Shown piece by piece: positions 1 to 7,732 of a DNA stretch of 27,325 bases. The stretch comes from Candidatus Eiseniibacteriota bacterium (GTDB taxonomy: Bacteria > Eisenbacteria > RBG-16-71-46): contig JANLWX010000196.1 in assembly GCA_031364845.1 (NCBI GenBank), positions 1 to 27,325 of the forward strand, given 5' to 3'. The first letter of the stretch is position 1, and each line of letters starts with the position of its first letter. The position numbers and the translations under genes are program-made. The notes under the pieces were generated by a model that saw nothing but the letters and a program-made list of their open reading frames with translations, was not told the origin of the DNA and searched no databases.

Positions 1-3000
1 CTGGTCTTGTCACTGCTCGTCGTGAACACCGCACCCGCCGGCAGACCCGAAGCAATCAGCGAGGCGATGGTATCGCCGTCGGGATCGGCGGCCGTGACGG
101 CGACGTTGAGCGCCGAGCCTTCCGAACCGCCGTGTGTGGCAGGTGCCGACACCACCGGCGGCCGGTCGCCTTCGGTGATCGTGATCACCGTCGCCGCACT
201 TGCGCTCATGGCGTTCTCCGCTGTGAACGTCACCGTGTAGGGGCCCGGCCCATCACCCGAACCCGGCGTCCACTCGAGCGTGCCACCGGTGTTGGTTCCG
301 TTCGGCGTGAAGGACGCGCCCGGCGGCAGGTTCAAGGCACTCAGCGACGTGATCGCGTTGCCGTCGGGATCGCTCGCCGAAACCGTGAAGCTCAATCTCG
401 AACCCTCGATGCCGGTCCGGTTCGCCGGTGCCGTGACGGCCGGAGCACGATCGACGTTGGTCACCGAGATCGCGGTGCTGGTCGAACCGGCGAGTGCGTT
501 GGTCGCGAGGAACGTCACCGTGAACGGGCCGGGTGCCGCCGAGAAACCAGGCGTCCAGGTAAACGTTCCGCTCGTATGCGAAGGATTGGCTGCAAACGTC
601 GCACCCGCGGGCAGATTCGCCGCCGCCAGGCTGGTGATCGCGTTTCCATCCGGGTCGCTCGCGTTCACCGTGAACGACACCGGCGAGTTCTCCGCCACCG
701 TCGTCGTGCCGGGCGCGGACACCACCGGTGACCGGTCGAGATTCGTCACCGCGATCGAAGTGCTCGCCGTGCCACTGAGCGCGTTGGTCGCCGTGAAGCC
801 GACCGTAAAGGGACCCGGCGCATCGCCGAACGTCGGCGTCCAATTCAGAACACCCGCCGTGCGGTTCGCATTCGGGGTGAACACGGCGTTGTGACCGGCC
901 GGCAGGCCGCTCAGATCCGCCGTCAGATTCGTGATCGGGTCGCCGTCGGGATCGGAGGCCACGATGTTCACGACCACCGCGGAGTTCTCGGTGGTCGTGA
1001 AGGCGGAGGCCACCGAAACCACCGGCGGAGCGGTGCTCGTCGAGACATAGGCCACGACGTTGTCGAGCAGGAACGTTTCACCCGCAGCCGTCGGAGTGTC
1101 GAGCACCTGCAGGTCGAGTTGATTGCCATTGCCCGCGGCAACGTGATCGACCGTCAGGTATTGCCACCCCGGAGACAGCGTCGTGGCGGGCGACAGGGTG
1201 ATCGCTCCGACCAGTCCGCCGGAGGGACCATATTCCCGGATGCGCAGCTGAGTCTGACCGGTGCCTGACGCCGATCGCACCCACGCCGAATAACGGTAGC
1301 GCGCACCGGCGGTGGTGTTGGTCACGATACCGGGGGAATCGTTCGCGCCGAAGATCGCCGTCGAATTCGGGGCGGTGACCCGGGCCGCGAAGGAGCCCGA
1401 CTGCCCACCCGCGACCCGCACGAGCGTGGCACCGGAGTAGCCGTTCCAACCACTCGTGTTCGACTCGAACGACGGATTGGACACCAGGTTCACGATCGCA
1501 TCCACGATGGTGAGGGCGGTCGTGCTGGTCGCGTTGAGCGCATTGGTTGCGGTGAAGGTCACGGAATACGGGGCGCTGCGACCGTCGTTGGACGTCGGCG
1601 TCCACGTCAGGGTGCCACGCGTCTTCGACGGATTGGTCGTGAACACCGCGTTGTGGCCGGACGGAAATGCGGACAGATTGGCGGTCAGCGAATTGATGGC
1701 GTCGCCATCAGAATCGCTAACGGCGACTTCGACCGACACGGGCTGGTTCTCGCTGAGCGTCATGGTGGGCGGCGCTGAAATCCACGGCGCGCGGTCGACA
1801 TTCTCGACCGTGATCGTGGCCGATGCGACACCATTCAACGTGTTGACCGCCGTGAACGTCACCGTGTACGAGCCGGGAGCGTCGCCGAACCCTGGGGTCC
1901 AATTGAAGACGCCTGACGTGCGGGATTCGTTCGTGATGAACATTGCCCCGGCCGGCAGTCCCGTCGCGACCAGTGAGGAGATCGGCTCGCCGTCCGGATC
2001 CGAGGCGAAGACCGAGAACGACAGCGCGGCGTTTTCCGCCACCGTCTGCGCTGACGGCGCCGTCACGACCGGCGGACGATCCGCGGTGATCGAGGTCACG
2101 GCCGTGGCGCTGAGCGCGTTCTCGGCAGCGAACGTCACCGTGTAGAGACCCACGGCGGAGTCCATGGTCGGCGTCCATGAGAAGGTTCCCGCGGTGCGCG
2201 AACTGTTCGGCGTGAACGTCGCGCCGGCCGGCATCCCGGAAGCCGAGAGCGATGCGATCGGTTCGTTGTCCGGCTCGACCACCGTCACCGTGAATGTCAT
2301 CAGCGTGCCCACGTTGCCGGCGAGCACCGCGGGCGCGGTCACGAGCGGAGCGCGATCGACGTTTTTGACGGTCACCACCGTGCTCGAGGTGCCCGTAAGC
2401 CCATTGGTGGCGGAAAATACGATCGTGTACGGACCCGGAGCGGCCGAGTAACCCGGCGTCCATGAGAACGTGCCGGAGCGGTTCAGGCTGTCGGGGACGA
2501 ACGTGGCGCCTGCCGGAAGCGCGCTCGCGACCAGTGCAACGATGGCCTCGTTGTCGGGATCGGAGGCGGTAACCCCGAAGGTCACCGGCTGGTTCTCCGT
2601 ACACGACGCGGTCGCGGGCGCCACGACCACCGGGGTACGATCGCCCGTCAGGGTGGTGCTCGAGGAGTGCGTGAGCGCATTGGACGCCGTGAACGTGACC
2701 AGGTAGGGGCCCCTGCGAGCTTCGCCGGCGCGCGGCGTCCAGGTCAGCGTGCCGCCGCTGCGGGTTGCATTGGGCGTGAACACCGCATCGTTCACCGTCG
2801 GCAGACCGCTCAGATTGGCCGTGAGCGCGGTGATCGCGTCGCCATCCGGATCCACCGCCGTGATGCCGAGGGTGAGGAGCGTTCCGTCCGTGATCTCGAG
2901 TTTGACCGGCGCCACCACGACCGGGGCACGGTCCAGGTTGACCACGGCGATCGAAGTCACGGCGGAGCTCGAGAACGCGTTCGACGCCGTAAACGTGACC

Positions 3001-4690
3001 GAATAGGGACCGGGTGCGGCGCTGAAGTCCGGCGTCCACGAGAAGGTGCCGCTGCTGTGCGCCGGATTGGTCACGAACGTGGCACCCGCCGGCAGGCCTG
3101 CGGCGTCGAACGTCGCGATCGCGTCACCATCGGGATCGGATGCCGTCACCGTGAAGGAAAGCGGGCTGCCTTCGACGACGCTCTTGGAAGTCTGGGCGGA
3201 GATGACCGGCGCGCGACCGACCGTGATCACCGTCGTGCTCGAAGCCGAAAGCGCATTCACCGCATGGATCGTCACGGTGTAGGAGCCGCCGCTGAAGTCA
3301 CCGGCACCGGGCGTCCACGTCAGGGTTCCGCGGGTGTTGTCCGCTGCGCGCGTGAACACGGCGTTGTGCCCCGCCGGCAGTCCCGAAAGTTCCGCCGAAA
3401 GAGTGGTGATCGGGTCGCCATCGGGATCGGACACCGTGACCGGCACCGACACTGGCCGGCCCTCGGCCGCCGCGACGGTCGCCGGCACTTCGATGATCGG
3501 AACACGATCGATCGTCCCGACATGGATCGCGGTGGTTGCGCTGCCGCTCGCAGAGTTCGCGGCCGAGAAGTTCACGATGAAGGTGTTGGGCGCATCATCG
3601 AAGCCCGGCGTCCAGGTGAGGGTTCCCGCGGTGTTCGTGGCGTTGGGCGTGAACACCGCGCCCGATCCCGGCGGCAGTCCTGCCAGGCTCGCGCCCAGTG
3701 CCAGAATCGTCTGACCGTCCGGGTCGGCTGCCGTGATCGTGAGGCTGAACGGCGTGCCTTCGAACGCGTTGACGTTCGCCGGCGCCGTCACGCTCGGTGC
3801 CCGGTCGAGGTTCGTCACGGTGATCGACGTGGTGGCGCTGCCACCCAGGAGATTTCCCGCGGTGAACGTCACATCGTACGGACCGCCGGCATCGCTGAAC
3901 GACGGGGTCCATGAGAACGTGCCACTGGCGTTGCCGGAGTCAACGCTGAAGGTCGCCCCTGCCGGCATTCCGGCTGCGGTCAGGCTCGTGATCGCGTCGC
4001 CATCGGAATCGGCGGCGAGGACCACGAAGGTCAGCGGCGCATTCTCATTGATGGTCACCGCCGCGGGGGCGGTCACCACCGGCACGCGATTGACGTTGAT
4101 CACGCTTATCAGCGTGGTGTCGCGACCGCTCAGCGCGTTCGTGGCGGTGAAGCGCACGGGATAAGGTCCGCCCGAGTCCGAGTAGGTCGGCGTCCAGATC
4201 AGCGTGCCCGAAGTCCGGGAAGAGTTGGTGGTGAAGGTGACGTTCGCACCGGGCGGCAGGCTCGACACGTCGGCATCGAGCGAAAGGATGTGATCGCCGC
4301 TGTCGGGATCGGCCGCCGAGACGAACACCACGATCGGCGCGTTCTCCGCTCCCGACTTGGTCACCGGCGAGGACACGACCGGCGCGCGGTCGGTGTTCGT
4401 CACCTGAACCCAGGTCGACGCGGTGGAGCCGAGCGCGTTCGCCGCGGTGAACGACACGAAGTAGGCGACCGGACGCGCATCGGTGAACGACGGGGTCCAC
4501 GTCAGCGTGCCCGAAGTGCGGTCCGCATTGGGGACGAATATCGCGTTGTGACCCGCGGGCAGTCCCTGGAGATCCGCGGACAGGCTCGTGATCGCATCGC
4601 CGTCAGGATCGAAGGCGGTGACCTGCATCGTCACGACGGAACCTTCGGCCTGAACCGAAGGACCGGGCGCGGTCACGACCGGCGCGTGAT
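1..4690 (-). repeat. Tandem protein-level repeats of about 95-100 aa (Ig/cadherin-like); 11 before and at least 4 after the CBM
   Basis: Recurring (D/N)RxPVV...E...DPDGD.I..L.A..LP.GA.F...GT(L/F).WTP...G.Y.VTFTA.N units spaced about 280-300 nt apart; diverged at the DNA level. Confidence 0.85.
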
Positions 4691-6248
4691 CGGAGGCGCC
4701 ATCGGGCGGAATGAATTCGTGCGCCCCGCGATCCGCGAACGTGATCGACCCGGTGCCGTTGTTGGAGGTCGACGGATCGTCCAGTCGAACGCTGCCCGCC
4801 GCGTCGTTCGCCGGCCATCCGCTGATCGCGCTGTTCGCATTGTCGATCGCGGGCGAACCCGGACGCAGGCGGAAGTCGCCGGCCGCGGGGTTCACGAACA
4901 TCGGGTCGAGTTGGATTGAATGAACGTCGTTGCCGCTCGCTGCGGTGTAAGCGGCGATCGTCGCGTACTTCGCGCCTTCGATCCGGATCGGGCGCTGATC
5001 GTTCGGCTGCCAGAAGATGTTGTAGTCCGAGACGAAGCCCGAGTGGGACTCGACGTCCACCCACAGGTCGTATTCGTCGGAGGTGAGGCCGTTCTGCACC
5101 GAGATGCAGTTCATCACCGTGTTGCCCGGCGAGATGCCCTCGATCGAGAACCCGTCCTTGAAGTTTCCGTAAGCGATGTCGCCGAGATGGACGACGCCCG
5201 AGGTGCTCAGGTGGTCATAGCCATGATCGCCATTGTTGTAGGACATGTTCTGCAGCGAGAAGTTGTTGTCGGCGTCCTGGAAGTGGAGCCCCGTGTCCTG
5301 GTTGTCGTGCAGCCGGTTGCCCGCGATCGTCGTGTTCGTGGTCAGGGCCAGGTAGATGCCGTTCGCCGCGCGCTGATTGGGGCGCCAGTTGCCGAACGAA
5401 TCGTTGCCGCGCACGAGGCATGAGGTCATCTGCGACAACTGGATCCCGTGATCGTTGGAGTACGACACGGTGTTCGCCTCGATGGTGACGTTCGAGGAGA
5501 CGCTGCTCCCGATGCCGAACTTGTTCGCGTAGGAGATCACGTTGTTCGCGATCACGCAGAAGTTCGAACCCGACGACAGATAGATGCCACGATCCTCGGT
5601 GCGCATGATCGTGAAGCCGCGCACCTCGACGTAGGGCTTGGTCGAAAGACGAATGCCATACAGGCGCCGGCCGACGTCGATCTGCTGCGAACCGGGGTTC
5701 GGACCGCCCGCGTTCACATAGAGTCCGGCGCCGCTCACGTAGCGATACGAGTTCGCGGGCATCAGTGCGGGATCGGCGGTCGATGCCGCGAGGCGCGCGC
5801 CGTTCATGAACACTTGCAGCGGACTCCAGGTCACCGATGCCGCGAGGAACACGGTGCCGGACACGGGAGCCCATGAAGCCGGGTTCGAGCGATCGTCGGC
5901 GCCGTTGATCACGACTCCGCTACCGACCGCCTGCAGCACGAACGGCTCACCGGCAGCGCCGGCGCGCTGAACCGTCACCTGCTCGCGGTAGATCGCGGGC
6001 TTGACCCGCACCGTGTTGCCGGGGCCGCTGGCGGCGTTCACGGCCGCCGTGATGGTCAGGTACGGCAGCGCCTCGGTGCCCGGATTGGAGTTGGACGCGG
6101 CCGGATTCGCGGCATCGACGTACACCGTGATCGCGTGGGCGGTCACGGGCGCGACCAGCAGCGCCAGGGAAAGTAGCGCAGCACGGAACCCCGCCCCGCC
6201 GATTCGGCGGCTGCGAGCGAGGCGGGTACTGCGGATGTTCACCAGCAC
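1..6248 (-). CDS. Giant secreted protein (>2080 aa, 3' end outside window): signal peptide, DUF1565-like/right-handed parallel beta-helix domain, about 15 Ig/cadherin-like repeats and one CBM4_9-like domain
   Basis: Manual translation. GTG at 6248 with AAAGGA 6 nt upstream. N-terminus MLVNIRSTRL...LLSLALLVAPVTAHA|ITVYVDAANPAASNSNPGTEALPYLTI; Asn/Gly-rich beta-helix repeats (GIYL, NRLHDNQDTGLHF); DPMFVNPAAGDFRLRPGSPAID. The same frame still reads SGLPAGAVFTTSSDKT at the left edge. Absent from the ORF track because no stop lies in the window. Confidence 0.9.
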   Translation of the reverse strand, partial: MLVNIRSTRLARSRRIGGAGFRAALLSLALLVAPVTAHAITVYVDAANPAASNSNPGTEALPYLTITAAVNAASGPGNTVRVKPAIYREQVTVQRAGAAGEPFVLQAVGSGVVINGADDRSNPASWAPVSGTVFLAASVTWSPLQVFMNGARLAASTADPALMPANSYRYVSGAGLYVNAGGPNPGSQQIDVGRRLYGIRLSTKPYVEVRGFTIMRTEDRGIYLSSGSNFCVIANNVISYANKFGIGSSVSSNVTIEANTVSYSNDHGIQLSQMTSCLVRGNDSFGNWRPNQRAANGIYLALTTNTTIAGNRLHDNQDTGLHFQDADNNFSLQNMSYNNGDHGYDHLSTSGVVHLGDIAYGNFKDGFSIEGISPGNTVMNCISVQNGLTSDEYDLWVDVESHSGFVSDYNIFWQPNDQRPIRIEGAKYATIAAYTAASGNDVHSIQLDPMFVNPAAGDFRLRPGSPAIDNANSAISGWPANDAAGSVRLDDPSTSNNGTGSITFADRGAHEFIPPDGASDHAPVVTAPGPSVQAEGSVVTMQVTAFDPDGDAITSLSADLQGLPAGHNAIFVPNADRTSGTLTWTPSFTDARPVAYFVSFTAANALGSTASTWVQVTNTDRAPVVSSPVTKSGAENAPIVVFVSAADPDSGDHILSLDADVSSLPPGANVTFTTNSSRTSGTLIWTPTYSDSGGPYPVRFTATNALSGRDTTLISVINVNRVPVVTAPAAVTINENAPLTFVVLAADSDGDAITSLTAAGMPAGATFSVDSGNASGTFSWTPSFSDAGGPYDVTFTAGNLLGGSATTSITVTNLDRAPSVTAPANVNAFEGTPFSLTITAADPDGQTILALGASLAGLPPGSGAVFTPNATNTAGTLTWTPGFDDAPNTFIVNFSAANSASGSATTAIHVGTIDRVPIIEVPATVAAAEGRPVSVPVTVSDPDGDPITTLSAELSGLPAGHNAVFTRAADNTRGTLTWTPGAGDFSGGSYTVTIHAVNALSASSTTVITVGRAPVISAQTSKSVVEGSPLSFTVTASDPDGDAIATFDAAGLPAGATFVTNPAHSSGTFSWTPDFSAAPGPYSVTFTASNAFSSSAVTSIAVVNLDRAPVVVAPVKLEITDGTLLTLGITAVDPDGDAITALTANLSGLPTVNDAVFTPNATRSGGTLTWTPRAGEARRGPYLVTFTASNALTHSSSTTLTGDRTPVVVAPATASCTENQPVTFGVTASDPDNEAIVALVASALPAGATFVPDSLNRSGTFSWTPGYSAAPGPYTIVFSATNGLTGTSSTVVTVKNVDRAPLVTAPAVLAGNVGTLMTFTVTVVEPDNEPIASLSASGMPAGATFTPNSSRTAGTFSWTPTMDSAVGLYTVTFAAENALSATAVTSITADRPPVVTAPSAQTVAENAALSFSVFASDPDGEPISSLVATGLPAGAMFITNESRTSGVFNWTPGFGDAPGSYTVTFTAVNTLNGVASATITVENVDRAPWISAPPTMTLSENQPVSVEVAVSDSDGDAINSLTANLSAFPSGHNAVFTTNPSKTRGTLTWTPTSNDGRSAPYSVTFTATNALNATSTTALTIVDAIVNLVSNPSFESNTSGWNGYSGATLVRVAGGQSGSFAARVTAPNSTAIFGANDSPGIVTNTTAGARYRYSAWVRSASGTGQTQLRIREYGPSGGLVGAITLSPATTLSPGWQYLTVDHVAAGNGNQLDLQVLDTPTAAGETFLLDNVVAYVSTSTAPPVVSVASAFTTTENSAVVVNIVASDPDGDPITNLTADLSGLPAGHNAVFTPNANRTAGVLNWTPTFGDAPGPFTVGFTATNALSGTASTSIAVTNLDRSPVVSAPGTTTVAENSPVSFTVNASDPDGNAITSLAAANLPAGATFAANPSHTSGTFTWTPGFSAAPGPFTVTFLATNALAGSTSTAISVTNVDRAPAVTAPANRTGIEGSRLSFTVSASDPDGNAITSLSALNLPPGASFTPNGTNTGGTLEWTPGSGDGPGPYTVTFTAENAMSASAATVITITEGDRPPVVSAPATHGGSEGSALNVAVTAADPDGDTIASLIASGLPAGAVFTTSSDKT
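1041..1490 (-). other. Carbohydrate-binding module (CBM4_9/galactose-binding-like) embedded in the repeat array
   Basis: NLVSNPSFESNTSGW...YRYSAWVRS...GWQYLTV...FLLDNV matches the NLxxNxxFE...YxxSAWV...DxV pattern typical of this fold. Confidence 0.75.
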
Positions 6249-6343
6249 CAGACTTCCTTTCGGACCCGAGCGGGTCAGTATCAAAGACAACGTGCGGCCG
6301 GAACAACGGACTGCGATGCGAGAGGTTCTCAAGGGGTTACAAA

Positions 6344-6360
6344 CGCAGGAAGCGTACCAA
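6344..6360 (-). promoter_or_regulatory. Putative sigma54 (-24/-12) promoter for the giant secreted protein
   Basis: Minus strand TTGGTACGCTTCCTGCG has GG-N10-GC and is close to TGGCACG-N4-TTGC; about 95 nt upstream of the start codon. Confidence 0.6.
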
Positions 6361-6795
6361 TGAAGGCGCGGAGCACGATCCGTTGCGTCCTGCAGGGCGC
6401 GGTGCGCATCCTGCGGGAGTCGGATCGAGGGCTTTGTGGATTGAAGCCCGAGCCGTCGAGGATCAGAGGACTCGCACCCAACCGAAAGCAAGGCCGCCCA
6501 TCGCGTTGCTTCGACAGGGCTCACCACCTCGAGCCCGGCGGCGCTTCCGTTTGCGGCTGCGGGAACCGCAATGGGGTGGAGTGCGTCGTGGGCCCACTTC
6601 CCCCATGAAGACCATGTGATGGGAATTCCCCCGCACCGGTTGGGTCGGGTGGCAGAGACGCCCGGCCTGGCACGGGTCTCTTTGAATCGATGCCGCCACC
6701 GCTGGAAGGACGATGCGAGCAGGCGGCATGAGCGGATCCCACTCTCGATTCGCACGGCCGGACATGGTCGTGCCGAATAGTGTCAGCAGAACCGT

Positions 6796-6854
6796 CACTC
6801 GGGTTGGGTCTTTGAGCCCAATTCCCACCGGGAGCGCATTCGCTCCGGCGAGTG
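6796..6854 (-). other. Branched stem-loop right after the last operon stop codon (possible terminator or stabiliser, no U-tract)
   Basis: CACTCG/CGAGTG closing stem enclosing GGAGCG/CGCTCC and TTGGG/CCCAA hairpins. Confidence 0.35.
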
Positions 6855-6857
6855 CCC

Positions 6858-7718
6858 TCAGGCGCGCGAAGCGGTCCGGGCCGGGGGATCGTCCTCGTCG
6901 TCGGCGGAGACCGGCTCCGGCCGATCGACGGCAGGCGCATCCGAGGCCAGATACACGGCATGTTCGCCGATCTCGTCCTCGAGCTTGAAGACGAAGTAGT
7001 AGTAGGCCTGGAATGCGAGCATCACGAACAGGCCGATGCCGCTCGCATACAGATACCACCGGATCGCCGGCCAGCCGGTGAAGGACTCCGCCGCGTACGC
7101 GAGCCCGAGCGCCGGTACGGCCACGATGAACATCCGGAACCCCTTGAGCGGCCGCATCGCGCGCAGCATCAGCCGCAGGCCGCTCGCGGCTTCGTGGCGA
7201 TGCGTATCCGGGCGCTTCCGCGTGCCCTTCATGTGCTTGAACATGATGTAGGCCGACAGGTGCTGATGCTCGTCGACCAGATTGCCGACCGCGACGATCA
7301 CCCACGCCGCCATCCACGCGGCGAGCACGCGAGAGTCCATCCAGTCGTGCCACGCGGCGGCGAGGAAGATCAGCGGCTCGACCACCAGGTGGTGGAGCCG
7401 GTCGAGCATCAGGCCCTTGACCGACGACACGCGCCGGTAGCGCGCGATCTCGCCGTCGACCTTGTCGAGCAGGAACGAAAGATAGAGCACGAAGAACGCC
7501 GCGATGTTGGCGGCCGCCGAGTGCGGCACCAGCAGGGCCGCGCCGGCCACGCCGGCCAGCATCATCAGGCCGGTGACCTGATTGGGCGTGATCGAAGTGT
7601 GCAGCAGGACCCACGTCACGTAGATCGACAGCCGCCGGTGCACGAAGTACCACCCGGGGTCGGCTTCCTTGCCGGCCTGGCACATCGCGCGCAGTTGAGT
7701 GGGGCTTTCGATCGCCAT
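6858..7718 (-). CDS. CDP-alcohol phosphotransferase family membrane protein (286 aa)
   Basis: TPNQVT motif and DKVDGEIARYRRVSSVKGLMLDRLHH (DxxDGxxAR...GxxxDxxxD, last D replaced by H); about 6 hydrophobic segments. ATG 7718 lies just after the upstream stop at 7733. Confidence 0.88.
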   Translation of the reverse strand: MAIESPTQLRAMCQAGKEADPGWYFVHRRLSIYVTWVLLHTSITPNQVTGLMMLAGVAGAALLVPHSAAANIAAFFVLYLSFLLDKVDGEIARYRRVSSVKGLMLDRLHHLVVEPLIFLAAAWHDWMDSRVLAAWMAAWVIVAVGNLVDEHQHLSAYIMFKHMKGTRKRPDTHRHEAASGLRLMLRAMRPLKGFRMFIVAVPALGLAYAAESFTGWPAIRWYLYASGIGLFVMLAFQAYYYFVFKLEDEIGEHAVYLASDAPAVDRPEPVSADDEDDPPARTASRA

Positions 7719-7732
7719 CGTTTCGCCGCTCG

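Noticed and set aside
6195..6212. Twin-arginine (Tat) signal SRRIGG in the giant protein
   Set aside because: Lacks the FLK-like residues of the consensus; a Sec signal is more plausible for a protein of this size.
7..6363. Many plus-strand and alternate-frame ORFs over the giant gene
   Set aside because: Shadow ORFs of a high-GC coding strand; the minus frame starting at 6248 explains the region with coherent domains.
6507..6527. GTGGTGAGCCCTGTCGAAGCA resembling REP-like palindromic elements
   Set aside because: Single copy, no partner arm and no associated transposase in the window.
6748..6758. 11-mer ATTCGCACGGC shared with 20749-20759
   Set aside because: One 11-nt match among GC-rich intergenic regions is compatible with chance.
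6463..7683. 406-aa minus ORF and 146-aa ORF (6521-6961) extending into the intergenic region
   Set aside because: Arg/Pro/Gly-rich, no recognisable motif, and they overlap the CDP-alcohol phosphotransferase out of frame.
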